DNA of 64,000 nt from Candidatus Latescibacterota bacterium (GTDB lineage Bacteria; Latescibacterota; UBA2968; UBA8231). The first letter of the stretch is position 1, and every line of letters begins with the position of its first letter. The position numbers were made by a program, and so were the translations under genes. Location of the stretch: contig CBDCSU010000006.1 of NCBI GenBank assembly GCA_965221775.1, positions 1,600,001 through 1,664,000 on the forward strand, in the 5' to 3' direction. Shown in pieces: positions 18,544-27,918 of the stretch. The notes beneath the pieces are model-generated. The model saw only the letters and a list, made by a program, of their open reading frames with translations, did not search any database and was not told the origin of the DNA.

Positions 18544-19584
18544 TCATGGCCCCACGGCGTACCGCCGCACCGCATCCTCGTCCAGCTCGACCCCCAGCCC
18601 CGGCTTGTCCGGGACCACCGCATGGCCGTCCCGGACCAGCGGTTCAGCGAGCAGGCTGTGCTCGTGGACGAAGTTGCCGCAGAGGTCGCTGGCCAGGGTG
18701 CAGTTGGGAGCGGCGGCGGAGGCGTGGAGGCGGAAGGCGTCGAAGATCCCCAGGTCGACGTTGGAGGCCTGCCATACGGGGATGCCCGCGGCCTCGGCGA
18801 TCCGCGCCATGTCGAGGAAGGCCCAGTCCGATGGGGCGACGTTGATCCCGTCCACGGCGTCGCGGGACACCATCTCGATCACCTGACGGGGGTTCTGCAG
18901 GTGGGGGGCGATGAGGATCGATGTCGCTTCCTTGAGGCGCCGGTAGTCGTCCACGTCGTCCTTGGGGATCGGATCTTCGAAGACGACGTCATACGCCTCG
19001 ATCTCGCGGGCCAGGGCCAGGGCCTGCTCGACGGTATGGAACCGGTGGCCGGGATCGAGGACGATGCGCAGCGTTGGCGCGGCCTCGTGTATGGCGTGCA
19101 CCCGGTCCGCCACGTCTCCATGGTCCAGGGAGCACTTCACCTTGATGCCGCGGAAGCCCTGTTCCGACGCCCGTCTGGCGGCGGCGGCTGACGCTTCCGG
19201 TCCCATGCGCGCGATCCAGTAGTCGACCAGAACGCGGTCCTGGGCCTTGCCGCCGAAGATGCGGTAGAGGGGCCAGCCGATCGCCTTGCCGATCAGATCC
19301 AGCAGGGCGATGTCGAATCCGCCACCCCCCAGGCTGCGGGGCTCGAAGTCGAGGGGGTTCTTCCCGATCAGGTCCGGGGCGGGATGCTCGTGGTCGCCGT
19401 AGTAGGGCCCGCTCATGCCGAGGCCGGTGATTCCCTCGTCGGTGTGGATGTGGAGCACATCCTGGTTCCTCTCGCCGAGGGCGGCGGGATAGGACTCGGT
19501 GAACTCCTCGTACCGGGGTGGGGGCAGGATGCCGGGCCGAAAGGGGACGCGGACTGCGGTGCGTTCCAGGTGCGTGATCCTCAT
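18544..19584 (-). CDS. Mandelate racemase/muconate lactonizing enzyme family
   Basis: DIALLDLIGK, IKVK, FEDP, VPDKPGLGVELDE. Confidence 0.9.
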   Translation of the reverse strand: MRITHLERTAVRVPFRPGILPPPRYEEFTESYPAALGERNQDVLHIHTDEGITGLGMSGPYYGDHEHPAPDLIGKNPLDFEPRSLGGGGFDIALLDLIGKAIGWPLYRIFGGKAQDRVLVDYWIARMGPEASAAAARRASEQGFRGIKVKCSLDHGDVADRVHAIHEAAPTLRIVLDPGHRFHTVEQALALAREIEAYDVVFEDPIPKDDVDDYRRLKEATSILIAPHLQNPRQVIEMVSRDAVDGINVAPSDWAFLDMARIAEAAGIPVWQASNVDLGIFDAFRLHASAAAPNCTLASDLCGNFVHEHSLLAEPLVRDGHAVVPDKPGLGVELDEDAVRRYAVGP

Positions 19585-19611
19585 GGGTCTCCTCGTGGGG
19601 TCTCCTCGTGC

Positions 19612-19814
19612 TGGCGGTGCCCGGCGGCTCCGGCCTCGCCTCGGCGGCGCGTACGCCGGGCTTTAGTGGTGGATCTATCGCCTTGGGTGATCCTCAGGGC
19701 TGGCGAGCCCCTCGCTTCGCTCGGGTCTCTGGGCCTTCTGGATGAGTTTGGTTGTTGACCCCGGCCCGGCGTAAGGGCGCCGCTCGGCTCGGCCTGCGCC
19801 GCCGGGCACCGCCC
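19612..19814 (+). repeat. Dispersed element A, copy 2
   Basis: Arms ggcggtgcccggcggc/gccgccgggcaccgcc; core variant ctcgcttcgctc. Confidence 0.95.
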
Positions 19815-19855
19815 AGGGTTCGGATTGCTGCCCACCCCTCGCTTCTCTTGTGGGT

Positions 19856-19905
19856 GTGGCGCCGGGTGGGATTCTGTGCCGGTGGTGGATCCGGCGCCAC
19901 TCGAT
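19856..19905 (+). repeat. Hairpin module B following copy 2
   Basis: gtggcgccgg...ccggcgccactcgat. Confidence 0.85.
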
Positions 19906-19964
19906 GCGGTGCCCGCAGGCCAGCGGTTGCCGCTGTCACCGCTGAGCCGCACGAAGGCAGGCCG

Positions 19965-20537
19965 CTACCGCTCTCCGCGCTGCATCCGCTCAAACTCTGC
20001 CCGTGAGATCTCGAAGTCCAGCACCCTCCCACCATCCACTTCCCTGGCGATGGTCAGACCGAGGGAACGCCACAGGGCCACGGAACGCGCATTGTCGGAA
20101 GACACATCCATCGCGCAAAGCCGGTCGATTCCCAAGTCTTCGAAGGCGTACGCCATGAGGCGCTGCGCCGCCTCCTTTCCGTATCCCCTTCCCCACAGGG
20201 ACTTGTCCCAGATTCCGATGGGCAGGCGCATCACCTTCTCACCCGGCACCTTCCCCCGATCCTGGTTCATCCACTGAAGACAGACTTCGCCGATGGTGCG
20301 GCCGCTCGCCTTCTCGACGATGGCGAAGAGGAATCCCTGCTCCGCCATGGCCTTTCCCGCGCGTCTGAGATAGCCGGCCGTGACGGGTTCCTCCGGAGGC
20401 TCCCCTTCCATCGCATTCAGGAAGTCGGGATCTCGATAGTACGGAACGGCCAGATCGAAGTCCCCATCCTCGAATGGCCGGAGTCTCAGGCGCGCTGTTT
20501 CCAGGTGGAGGTTGTGACGGGCGAAGTTGTCCATCAT
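19965..20537 (-). CDS. GNAT acetyltransferase, RimJ/RimL-like
   Basis: LETARLRLRPF, WGRGYGKEA, NARSVALWRSLG. Confidence 0.9.
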   Translation of the reverse strand: MMDNFARHNLHLETARLRLRPFEDGDFDLAVPYYRDPDFLNAMEGEPPEEPVTAGYLRRAGKAMAEQGFLFAIVEKASGRTIGEVCLQWMNQDRGKVPGEKVMRLPIGIWDKSLWGRGYGKEAAQRLMAYAFEDLGIDRLCAMDVSSDNARSVALWRSLGLTIAREVDGGRVLDFEISRAEFERMQRGER

Positions 20538-20560
20538 CTCGAGGGTGGGTCTCCTCCTGG

Positions 20561-20762
20561 TGGGCGGTGACTGCGGCTCCGGCCTCGCCTCGGCGGCGCG
20601 TACGCCGGGCTGCGTTGGTGGATCTATCGCCTTGGGTGATCCTCAGGGCTGGCGAGCCCCTCGCTGCGCTCGGGTCTCTGGGCCTTCTGGATGAGGCTGG
20701 TTGTTGACCCCGGGCCGGCGTAATGCGCCGCTCGGCTCGGCCTGCGCCGCCGTCACCGCCCA
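20561..20762 (+). repeat. Dispersed element A, copy 3
   Basis: Arms gggcggtgac/gtcaccgccc; interior nearly identical to copy 2. Confidence 0.95.
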
Positions 20763-20784
20763 GGGGTTGGATCGCTGGCCACAT

Positions 20785-20814
20785 GCGCCGGTGGTGACTC
20801 CGGCGCCACTCGAT
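20785..20814 (+). repeat. Truncated hairpin module B following copy 3
   Basis: gcgccggtggtgactccggcgccactcgat. Confidence 0.7.
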
Positions 20815-20955
20815 GTGGTGGTGCGCTGCCCTGGTGGGGCCGCGTCGTCACAGAAGCCGTACAATAGCGCAAGCCAGCTGCGGCTGGTCCCGATGAATTG
20901 CCGACGATTCGCCGGTTCCCGGTCCCCTTCGTCGAAAATGTACCCATTGCGAATA

Positions 20956-23217
20956 ATGAAGATGATCTTGTTCCCTTTGGCCCTCCTGCTCGGCACCCTG
21001 TCCATCCCGCCGGGCAGCCAGGCTCAAGACCATGCCCGCTGGGGGTTGCCGGAGGGTGCCGCCCTCCGTCTGGGCAAGGGGCGCACCGGTGAAGGCGACC
21101 GGGCCGTGGCTTACTCCCCCGATGGCACCCGGCTGGCGGTGGCCGGCAACCTCGGCGTCTGGCTCTACGATGTCCACACGGGTGCCGAGGTCGCCCTGCT
21201 CACAGGCCATGCTGCTCCCGTAAACTCCGTGGCCTTTGCGCCGGATGGACAAACCCTCGCCAGTGCGAGTGCCGACCATACGGTGAGGTTGTGGGACATC
21301 GAGACGGCACGGTCAGAGGTCACCCTCGAAGGCCATCTGAAGGATGTCCTCTGCGTCGCGTTCTCCCCGGACGGACAAACCCTGGCTACCGGCAGCAGGG
21401 ACCAGACAGTGCGGTTGTGGCAGGCGGCCACCGGAGAGCCGAAGGCTACCCTCCACGGAGAAGCGTCCTCGGTCAATGCTCTGGCCTTCTCCCTCGATGG
21501 TCAAACCCTCGCCAGTGGCTACCGAAACGGCACCGCTCGGTTGTGGGACGGATTTACCGGAGAACCCGGGGCCGCCCTCGAAAGAGGCCGAGCGGGGCGC
21601 ATCAATACGGTAGCCTTCGCGCCCGATGGTCAGACCCTGGCCACTGGCAGGCAGCAAACGATCGACTTGTGGGACGTCAACAGCGGACAGCCGCGAGCCA
21701 CCCTGCACGACATGGGCGTGCATACATCCTGGGTCAACTCCGTAGCCTTCTCACCTGATGGCAGGACCCTCGCCAGCGTGGGCTCGAACCACGTGATCGC
21801 GTTGTGGGAGATCGACTCCGTGCAACGAAAGGCCAAGTTCAAGGAGCGAGGCGCCGACTTCACTTCCGTGGCCTTCTCGCCCGATGGAACTACACTCGCC
21901 AGTGCCGGGAGGGACAACAGAATACGGCTGTGGGACGTCCGCACCGGACTGGAGGAGATCACTATCCTGGACCATGGGCATGGGGACAGGGTCAGTTCCG
22001 TTGCCTTCGCCCCCGATGGCACCACCCTCGCCAGCAGTAGCTGGGACGGGACGCTGCGACTGTGGGACCTCGGCACGGGACAGGCAGAAGCCACCCTGAA
22101 GACCCCTTGGGGGCCTGTCAGTTCTGTTGCTTTCTCGCCCGATGGCGAAACCCTCGCAAGTGGCCATTGGGTTTACTTCGTTATGCTGCTGGACATCGCC
22201 GCATTCCGGAAGGCCACCTTGGAAACCTCGACCATCTCCTGGAGAACGTCGTTGACGAGGATCCTCAAAGGCCATCGGAATGATGTGCTCTGCGTGGCGT
22301 ACGCCCAGGATGGAGAGACCCTGGCCAGCGGCGATGAGAACGGGATCGTGCGGTTGTGGGACGTGTCCAGCGAGCAGGAACGGGCTACCCTGCAGGAACA
22401 TGGTGAACGTGTCCTGTCCGTGGCCTTCTCGCCCACTGGAGAGGTGCTCGCCAGCGCCAGCGGAGACGAGACGGCGCGGGTCTGGGATGCGGACAGTGGA
22501 CAACTGAAGTCCACTCTGCGGCACACGGGCTGGGTCACTTCCGTTGCTTTTTCGCCGGACGAGAGAACCCTCGCCAGCGGGGGCTGGGATCAGAAGGTCA
22601 GGCTGTGGGAGCTGAGCAGTGGCCAGCAAGTGGGCACCCTCGAGGTCGATGGCTCCTGGATCAATGCGGTAGCCTTCTCGCCTCGCGGAAACGTCCTTGC
22701 CAGCGCCGGTTCGGACCAGACCGTCAGGCTGTGGGAAGTGAGCACCGGGCAGCCAAGGGCCGTCTTCAAAGGCCATGTGGAATCGGTCCTTTCGGTGACG
22801 TTCTCGCCGGACGGGAACCTCCTTGCCAGTGCCAGCACGGACGGCACGATTCTGCTGTGGGATACGTCCCCATCCGCCGCTCCGCCCGCGCCGACGGCGA
22901 TTCGGGTTGCCACGCCGCTGCCGGCGCGGACGGCGCTGCTGGCCAACTTCCCCAATCCCTTCAATCCGGACACCTGGATTCCGTTTCAGCTCCACGCGCC
23001 GGCTCACGTACGGCTGAACATCTACGATGTGCGGGGAGCCTTGGTGCGCAGAATCGACCTGGGTCATCGTGCGGCGGGCCAGTACCTGACCCGTGCCGGC
23101 GCCGCCCACTGGGATAGCCGCAACCATCGCGGTGAACGGGTGTCCAGCGGCGTCTATCTGTACTCCCTGCAGGCAGGGCCGGCCACCCACGTACGCAAGA
23201 TGGTCCTCACCAGGTAG
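20956..23217 (+). CDS. Secreted WD40-repeat protein with a C-terminal FlgD-Ig/sorting-like domain
   Basis: Signal peptide; WGLPEGA.LRLGKG; roughly 13-14 VAFSPDG.TLAS...RLWD repeats; LLANFPNPFNPDTWIPF...SSGVYLY...RKMVL tail. Confidence 0.92.
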   Translation: MKMILFPLALLLGTLSIPPGSQAQDHARWGLPEGAALRLGKGRTGEGDRAVAYSPDGTRLAVAGNLGVWLYDVHTGAEVALLTGHAAPVNSVAFAPDGQTLASASADHTVRLWDIETARSEVTLEGHLKDVLCVAFSPDGQTLATGSRDQTVRLWQAATGEPKATLHGEASSVNALAFSLDGQTLASGYRNGTARLWDGFTGEPGAALERGRAGRINTVAFAPDGQTLATGRQQTIDLWDVNSGQPRATLHDMGVHTSWVNSVAFSPDGRTLASVGSNHVIALWEIDSVQRKAKFKERGADFTSVAFSPDGTTLASAGRDNRIRLWDVRTGLEEITILDHGHGDRVSSVAFAPDGTTLASSSWDGTLRLWDLGTGQAEATLKTPWGPVSSVAFSPDGETLASGHWVYFVMLLDIAAFRKATLETSTISWRTSLTRILKGHRNDVLCVAYAQDGETLASGDENGIVRLWDVSSEQERATLQEHGERVLSVAFSPTGEVLASASGDETARVWDADSGQLKSTLRHTGWVTSVAFSPDERTLASGGWDQKVRLWELSSGQQVGTLEVDGSWINAVAFSPRGNVLASAGSDQTVRLWEVSTGQPRAVFKGHVESVLSVTFSPDGNLLASASTDGTILLWDTSPSAAPPAPTAIRVATPLPARTALLANFPNPFNPDTWIPFQLHAPAHVRLNIYDVRGALVRRIDLGHRAAGQYLTRAGAAHWDSRNHRGERVSSGVYLYSLQAGPATHVRKMVLTR

Positions 23218-23232
23218 AGGCTGGCAGCGCGA

Positions 23233-24195
23233 TCAGAGGAACCGGTCGAACCAGTCGACCACCTGTTCGAAGGCGTCCACCGTGAAGATGTGACCGCCCG
23301 GGGGCCGGTGCACCAGGAAGCGGTCTTCGGCTTCGGCGTAGGCCGGGGTTACGGTGCGGATGAGGTCGTCCACGGCGGCGCTCGGCATGTCGACGTCGTC
23401 GAGAGGGGCGACGGCCATGAAGGGGCGGGGGGCGATGCAGCCGGCGACGATGTCGCCGTGATCGAAGTAGCGCAGCAGGTGTGGCACGAAGACCAGGGAG
23501 CTGTGGCGCCAGATGTTGCCCTCGTGGATCAGGCGGGCCAGGCTGCCGAGGACCCCGCAGACGGCGGCGCTGGCGCGGATGGTGGGATCGCACGCCATCG
23601 CCGTCCAGGTGGCCATGCCGCCCAGGGACATGCCGGTCAGGCCGATGCGCGCGCCGTCGACCCCGGGGAAGGCGGCCAGGGCGCGCGCCGCAAGCAGGGC
23701 TTCCTCCGCGACGATGCCGGCGTGAGGGCGGCCGTACGCCTCCAGCAGCTTCGCCTCCTCCTCCCATGCTTCCTCGGTGGCGCGGCGGACCACGGACCCC
23801 TTGAGGGAGATCGAGATCGTCGCGTATCCGCGGTTGGCCAGCTCACGGCCCCACCCCCGCAGCTGTCCGCTCTCCGGGTCGATCTCGAGTCGGCCGGCGA
23901 GGACGTTCGCCGTCGTTCCGCCGGTGCCGTGCATGCAGACCACGCCGGGGACCCGGTCGCCGGATGGATCGAGGGGCACGAGAGCGGTGCCGGTCAGCGT
24001 CTCGCCGAGGGAGTTCGCATAGGAGAGACGCAGCTCCCGGTGGACTCCGTCCTCGGCCACGGTTTTCGCGGCGGCATCCACCTCCCCGGGAATGCGGTCC
24101 ATTCCGAGAAGCTCCAGAAACCGGGCGCGTACCTGGCCGGACGGCGTGTCCCGCGGAAAGGCGGGGCGAATGCCGCGGGGCAGGGGGTTGGTCAT
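23233..24195 (-). CDS. Alpha/beta hydrolase (dienelactone hydrolase-like)
   Basis: CMHGTG, GMSLGG nucleophile elbow, GGHIF. Confidence 0.85.
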   Translation of the reverse strand: MTNPLPRGIRPAFPRDTPSGQVRARFLELLGMDRIPGEVDAAAKTVAEDGVHRELRLSYANSLGETLTGTALVPLDPSGDRVPGVVCMHGTGGTTANVLAGRLEIDPESGQLRGWGRELANRGYATISISLKGSVVRRATEEAWEEEAKLLEAYGRPHAGIVAEEALLAARALAAFPGVDGARIGLTGMSLGGMATWTAMACDPTIRASAAVCGVLGSLARLIHEGNIWRHSSLVFVPHLLRYFDHGDIVAGCIAPRPFMAVAPLDDVDMPSAAVDDLIRTVTPAYAEAEDRFLVHRPPGGHIFTVDAFEQVVDWFDRFL

Positions 24196-25811
24196 CGTTT
24201 CCCTCTCCGGTAGGTGATGTCGATCTCGAGGCCGATGAGTGATACGTGGCGCTCAGAGGCGCGGGCGTCCGAGAGCAGACGGACCTCGATCTCGTTCTCA
24301 CCCTGTCGCAGCGGCGGGGCGGTGACGGCGTACGAGGCGCTCGATCCCTCCATGTGCTGCTCCACCGGCTCGGCGGGGTAGCTCAGCCAGAACAGGGACG
24401 CCGCGGTCAGCTCCTTCCAGCCGTCGTAGGAGACCTCCGCCCCGCTCCAGTCCAGCTCCCTCCCGTTGAGGCGGACGCGGAGGGAGTCGCTCTCCTCCAG
24501 GGCGTCGAACCGCAGGGTCAGCCGGCAGGGGCCCAACTCGCCGGCCTCGCGCGCCTCTTCCAGATCGTCGGCGATCGCCAATCGCAGGACCGGTCCCTCG
24601 CCGGGGTAGTTTGGCTGTGGGCGCACCGGCAGTTGCGTCTGCGACTGGGCCAGGGCGAAGGCGCTGCTGTGGCCGGAGGAGCCGTACGCGGAGCCGGTGG
24701 TTTCCAGCTCGTAGCGCTTGTCGAGGCGGCGGAGCTTCTCCCGGTCGGTCAGCTCGGAGGCGATGCGGCGGTTCCACTCGCGCGAGCGCGTAAAGAAGTT
24801 GTAGAGGTAGACACCGTGGGCGCCGTCCTCGAGCCAGCGGAGAGCCAGGGCGCGCAGCTTGCGGTCGTCGCTGTCCCGGGTCGCCTCGATGCATCCGTAC
24901 ACCAGCGCGCCGGTTCCCGAGGCCGCCGCGACGAACTCGTCCACCCGCGTCTCGAAGGAGATGAAGCCGCCCCCGACGACGACGATGTCCACCAGGCCCT
25001 CCTCCAGCCAGCGGACGACGTCGAGGCCGACGCGGTTGCAGTCGGCGATCCCCGGAGGCACGCGGACCCCGAGCAGCAGGCGGCGCCCGCGGTCGGCGGA
25101 GACGGTCTGCATGCGGGCGCGTACCTCGCGCACGAGGCCGGTCATGTAGTGGCGGTTGGCGTAGCCCTCCTCGACGCGGAAGAAGGCCGGGTGGCGCATG
25201 AAGTCGAGCTCGACGCCGTCGACGTCGAAGCGCTCGAAGCACTCGCAGATGATGCCGGTGACGAAGGCGCGGTTGCCGGGGTGGGCGTAGTCGAGGCCGG
25301 TGCCGATGCCGTGCTCGATGGTGCCCTCGGCGAAGCGCTCGCCGGGGCGGGCGATGAGGCGGTCCGGGTGGCGGCGGCGGTAGTTGCCGTACGCCGGGTG
25401 GCGGGGGTCGATAACGTAGTGGCTGTTCATGCGGACCCGCGGAAAGAAGGGGATGCCCCGTTCCCGGCAGAGGCGCAGGAGGGCGGTCAGGGGGCCGCCG
25501 CACTCCTCGATGAGAGAGCGGACGTTGGCGGCGACCTTCGGGTAGGTGTCGTCATCGCCGGCGGAGTGAACGAAGGAGTAGAGGTCGTCGAGGCCTTCGA
25601 GGGTGGGCTGCTCCTGTCCGAAGATCTCGCCGATTTGGGTCTCGAAGTGGTAGACCTCGTGATCGCCGGTCGACCACCAGAGGGCGCCGCCGGTGCCGGC
25701 GTACCCGGCGACGACTTTGTCGCGCAGGTCGGACTCGGTGACGGGGGGGTCGGAGTTGAGGATCCAGGCGTCGTCGGTGAAGATGATTCTTGGGAAGTCG
25801 GGTTTGGCCAT
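24192..25811 (-). CDS. Putative glycoside hydrolase-like TIM-barrel protein (GHL10-like)
   Basis: VRMNSH, LDYAHP, FDVDGVELDFMR and GVYLYNF motifs; paralog of 34071..35678. Confidence 0.7.
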   Translation of the reverse strand: MAKPDFPRIIFTDDAWILNSDPPVTESDLRDKVVAGYAGTGGALWWSTGDHEVYHFETQIGEIFGQEQPTLEGLDDLYSFVHSAGDDDTYPKVAANVRSLIEECGGPLTALLRLCRERGIPFFPRVRMNSHYVIDPRHPAYGNYRRRHPDRLIARPGERFAEGTIEHGIGTGLDYAHPGNRAFVTGIICECFERFDVDGVELDFMRHPAFFRVEEGYANRHYMTGLVREVRARMQTVSADRGRRLLLGVRVPPGIADCNRVGLDVVRWLEEGLVDIVVVGGGFISFETRVDEFVAAASGTGALVYGCIEATRDSDDRKLRALALRWLEDGAHGVYLYNFFTRSREWNRRIASELTDREKLRRLDKRYELETTGSAYGSSGHSSAFALAQSQTQLPVRPQPNYPGEGPVLRLAIADDLEEAREAGELGPCRLTLRFDALEESDSLRVRLNGRELDWSGAEVSYDGWKELTAASLFWLSYPAEPVEQHMEGSSASYAVTAPPLRQGENEIEVRLLSDARASERHVSLIGLEIDITYRRGKR

Positions 25812-25843
25812 GGGTCTGCCTTCTTGGGGGTCTCGCCTCGGGC

Positions 25844-26041
25844 GGGCGTCGCCGGCGGCTCCGGCCGCGCCTCGGCGGCGGCGTACGCCGGAGTGGTTGG
25901 GGGGACTATCGCTGAAGGGGATCCTTGGGGCTGGCGAGCCCCTCGCTGCGCTCGGGTCTCTGGGCCCTCTGAAATGAAGGAGGTGATGACCCCCCGGCGT
26001 AATGCGCCGCGACGGCGCGGCCTGCGCCGCCGGCGACGCCC
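25844..26041 (+). repeat. Dispersed element A, copy 4
   Basis: Arms gggcgtcgccggcggc/gccgccggcgacgccc; conserved core. Confidence 0.95.
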
Positions 26042-26140
26042 TTGGAGGGGAGGGTTTGTGGTCGGCGGCGTGGCCAAGTGCAGAGGAGGACTCGCGACGG
26101 GAATGTGGTGAAAGATGGACATGGGACTTTGGTGCCGGGA

Positions 26141-26652
26141 TCATGCATCGGGTCTGGTGAGGAGAGCGGGGAGTGTGTCTGGCAGGGATCGGAGGTCGTG
26201 GATGGTCCGGTAGAGCTGCCCGACTCTCGATTCGTTTGATGATTTGTTCAGCCAGATGCTGCGGATTCCCGCGCGGGTGGCTCCGAGGATGTCGTTCTCG
26301 AAGTCGTCGCCGACCATGACGATGCGGTCTCTGTCCATGGGAAGGTCCGTGACGATGTGGTCGAAGAAAGCGGGGGCCGGCTTCTTGTGGCCGATCGTCT
26401 GGAAGCAGAACACCCGGTCCAGCAGGTGGGCGATGCCGCCGCGGTCGAGGGCTCTCCAGACGGAGGGCTCGTCCGAGGCGACGGCGTTGGTGGCGAGGGC
26501 CAGGGTCCAGTGTGGATGTAGTTGAAGCAGGATGTCCTCGACGCCGGGAAGGGTCTCCACCCGGGGCCAGTCGGCCATGGGCCCTCGGCGTCGGGGAAGT
26601 CCCGCATCAGGGTGTTGCCCCAGTCGAAGAGGATGCAGCGGCTCTCTCTCAT
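26141..26652 (-). CDS. HAD-family hydrolase (1-bp frameshift near 26580)
   Basis: ILFDWGNTLM in one frame; ATN, KKP and MVGDDFEND in the next frame. Confidence 0.82.
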
Positions 26653-27881
26653 GGGGCGGCTTCCTCTCTCCGGCTCACGAATCCGCGCAGGAAGAGGGCC
26701 GTCGCCGCGATCCCCAGGCCCCCCAGGGCGGCCATGATGCCCACGGAGCCCTGGGCGCCCCAGGTCTCGGCCAGGGCGCCGCTCTGCAGGCGGCCGAAGG
26801 GGCCGACGCCGATGGCCACGACCAGGGTGCCCATGGCGCGGCTGCGCATCTCGTCGGAGGACCTCACCAGGATGATGCTGCTCTGCATGATGCTGAAGCC
26901 GGCCTGCCCGAGGCCGGAGCAGAACAGCATCACGAGGGCCAGGCCGAGGCCGCCGCTGAAGGCGAAGGCGGCGATGCCCAGGCACGACAGCAGCGAGCCG
27001 CCGACGAAGACCCACTCGTTGCTCAGGTTCCTGCGGCCGAGCTGGACGGCGATCAGACCGACGATCGTCCCGGCGCCGCTGGCCGCGCCCAGCCACCCCA
27101 TCGCTTCCGGGCCGAGGCCGTACACGTCGCGGGCGAAGACGGGCAGCAGGTTCATGTAGGGGAAGGTCCAGATGTTCATCAGGACGGTGACGAGGAAGAC
27201 GCCGAAGATCGGGGCCGAGGCCCGCAGGCTCGTCCATCCCTGCCGGCCCGCCCACCCCGACGACCATGTGGCCCCGGCGGGGGCCCTGGAGTCGGTCTTC
27301 ATGCCGGCCAGGAGGATCAGGCCCAGGAAGCCCAGCGCGACCAGCACCAGCAGGGCGCCCAGGCTGCCGTAGGCGGCGGTCACGTAACCCGCCGCCAGGG
27401 GGCCGCCCACGCGCGTGATCCCCTGGATGACGTTCTCCAGCACCATGGCGTCGACGGTGCGGGCCTTGCCGACGAGATCGGGCACCATGCTGCGGCGGGT
27501 GGGCCAGTCCAGGGCCCAGACGGCCCCGAGCACCAGCGACACCGCCGACAGGTGCCAGATCTCGAGCTCTTCGCGGTAGAGGAGGAGCGCCAGCAGCCCC
27601 ATCCCGAGCACGTTGATCAACTGCAAGGTCGAGACGATGTAGCGGCGCCTGAAGCGGTCGGTGATCACGGCGCCGAAGAGACCGACGATCAGCAGCGGAA
27701 TGGCGCGGTAGAAGGCGATGACCTGGACCCACCACGGGGAGTTGGTCACCTCCAGGGCCAGCCACCCCAGGGCCAGCATCTCCATCCACATGGACTGCCA
27801 CCAAAGGCCGTTGGCCAGCCACAGGCGCACGAAGTCGCCGCTGGCCAGGGGTTCGAGGACGCTGCCTCTGGCAAGTCTCAT
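26649..27881 (-). CDS. MFS transporter
   Basis: About 12 hydrophobic segments; GAVITDRFRRR motif A; EMRSRAMG. Confidence 0.9.
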   Translation of the reverse strand: MRLARGSVLEPLASGDFVRLWLANGLWWQSMWMEMLALGWLALEVTNSPWWVQVIAFYRAIPLLIVGLFGAVITDRFRRRYIVSTLQLINVLGMGLLALLLYREELEIWHLSAVSLVLGAVWALDWPTRRSMVPDLVGKARTVDAMVLENVIQGITRVGGPLAAGYVTAAYGSLGALLVLVALGFLGLILLAGMKTDSRAPAGATWSSGWAGRQGWTSLRASAPIFGVFLVTVLMNIWTFPYMNLLPVFARDVYGLGPEAMGWLGAASGAGTIVGLIAVQLGRRNLSNEWVFVGGSLLSCLGIAAFAFSGGLGLALVMLFCSGLGQAGFSIMQSSIILVRSSDEMRSRAMGTLVVAIGVGPFGRLQSGALAETWGAQGSVGIMAALGGLGIAATALFLRGFVSRREEAAP

Positions 27882-27918
27882 GGGGCGGCCTAAATTACGC
27901 GCCAGCCGGCCCAGAGCC

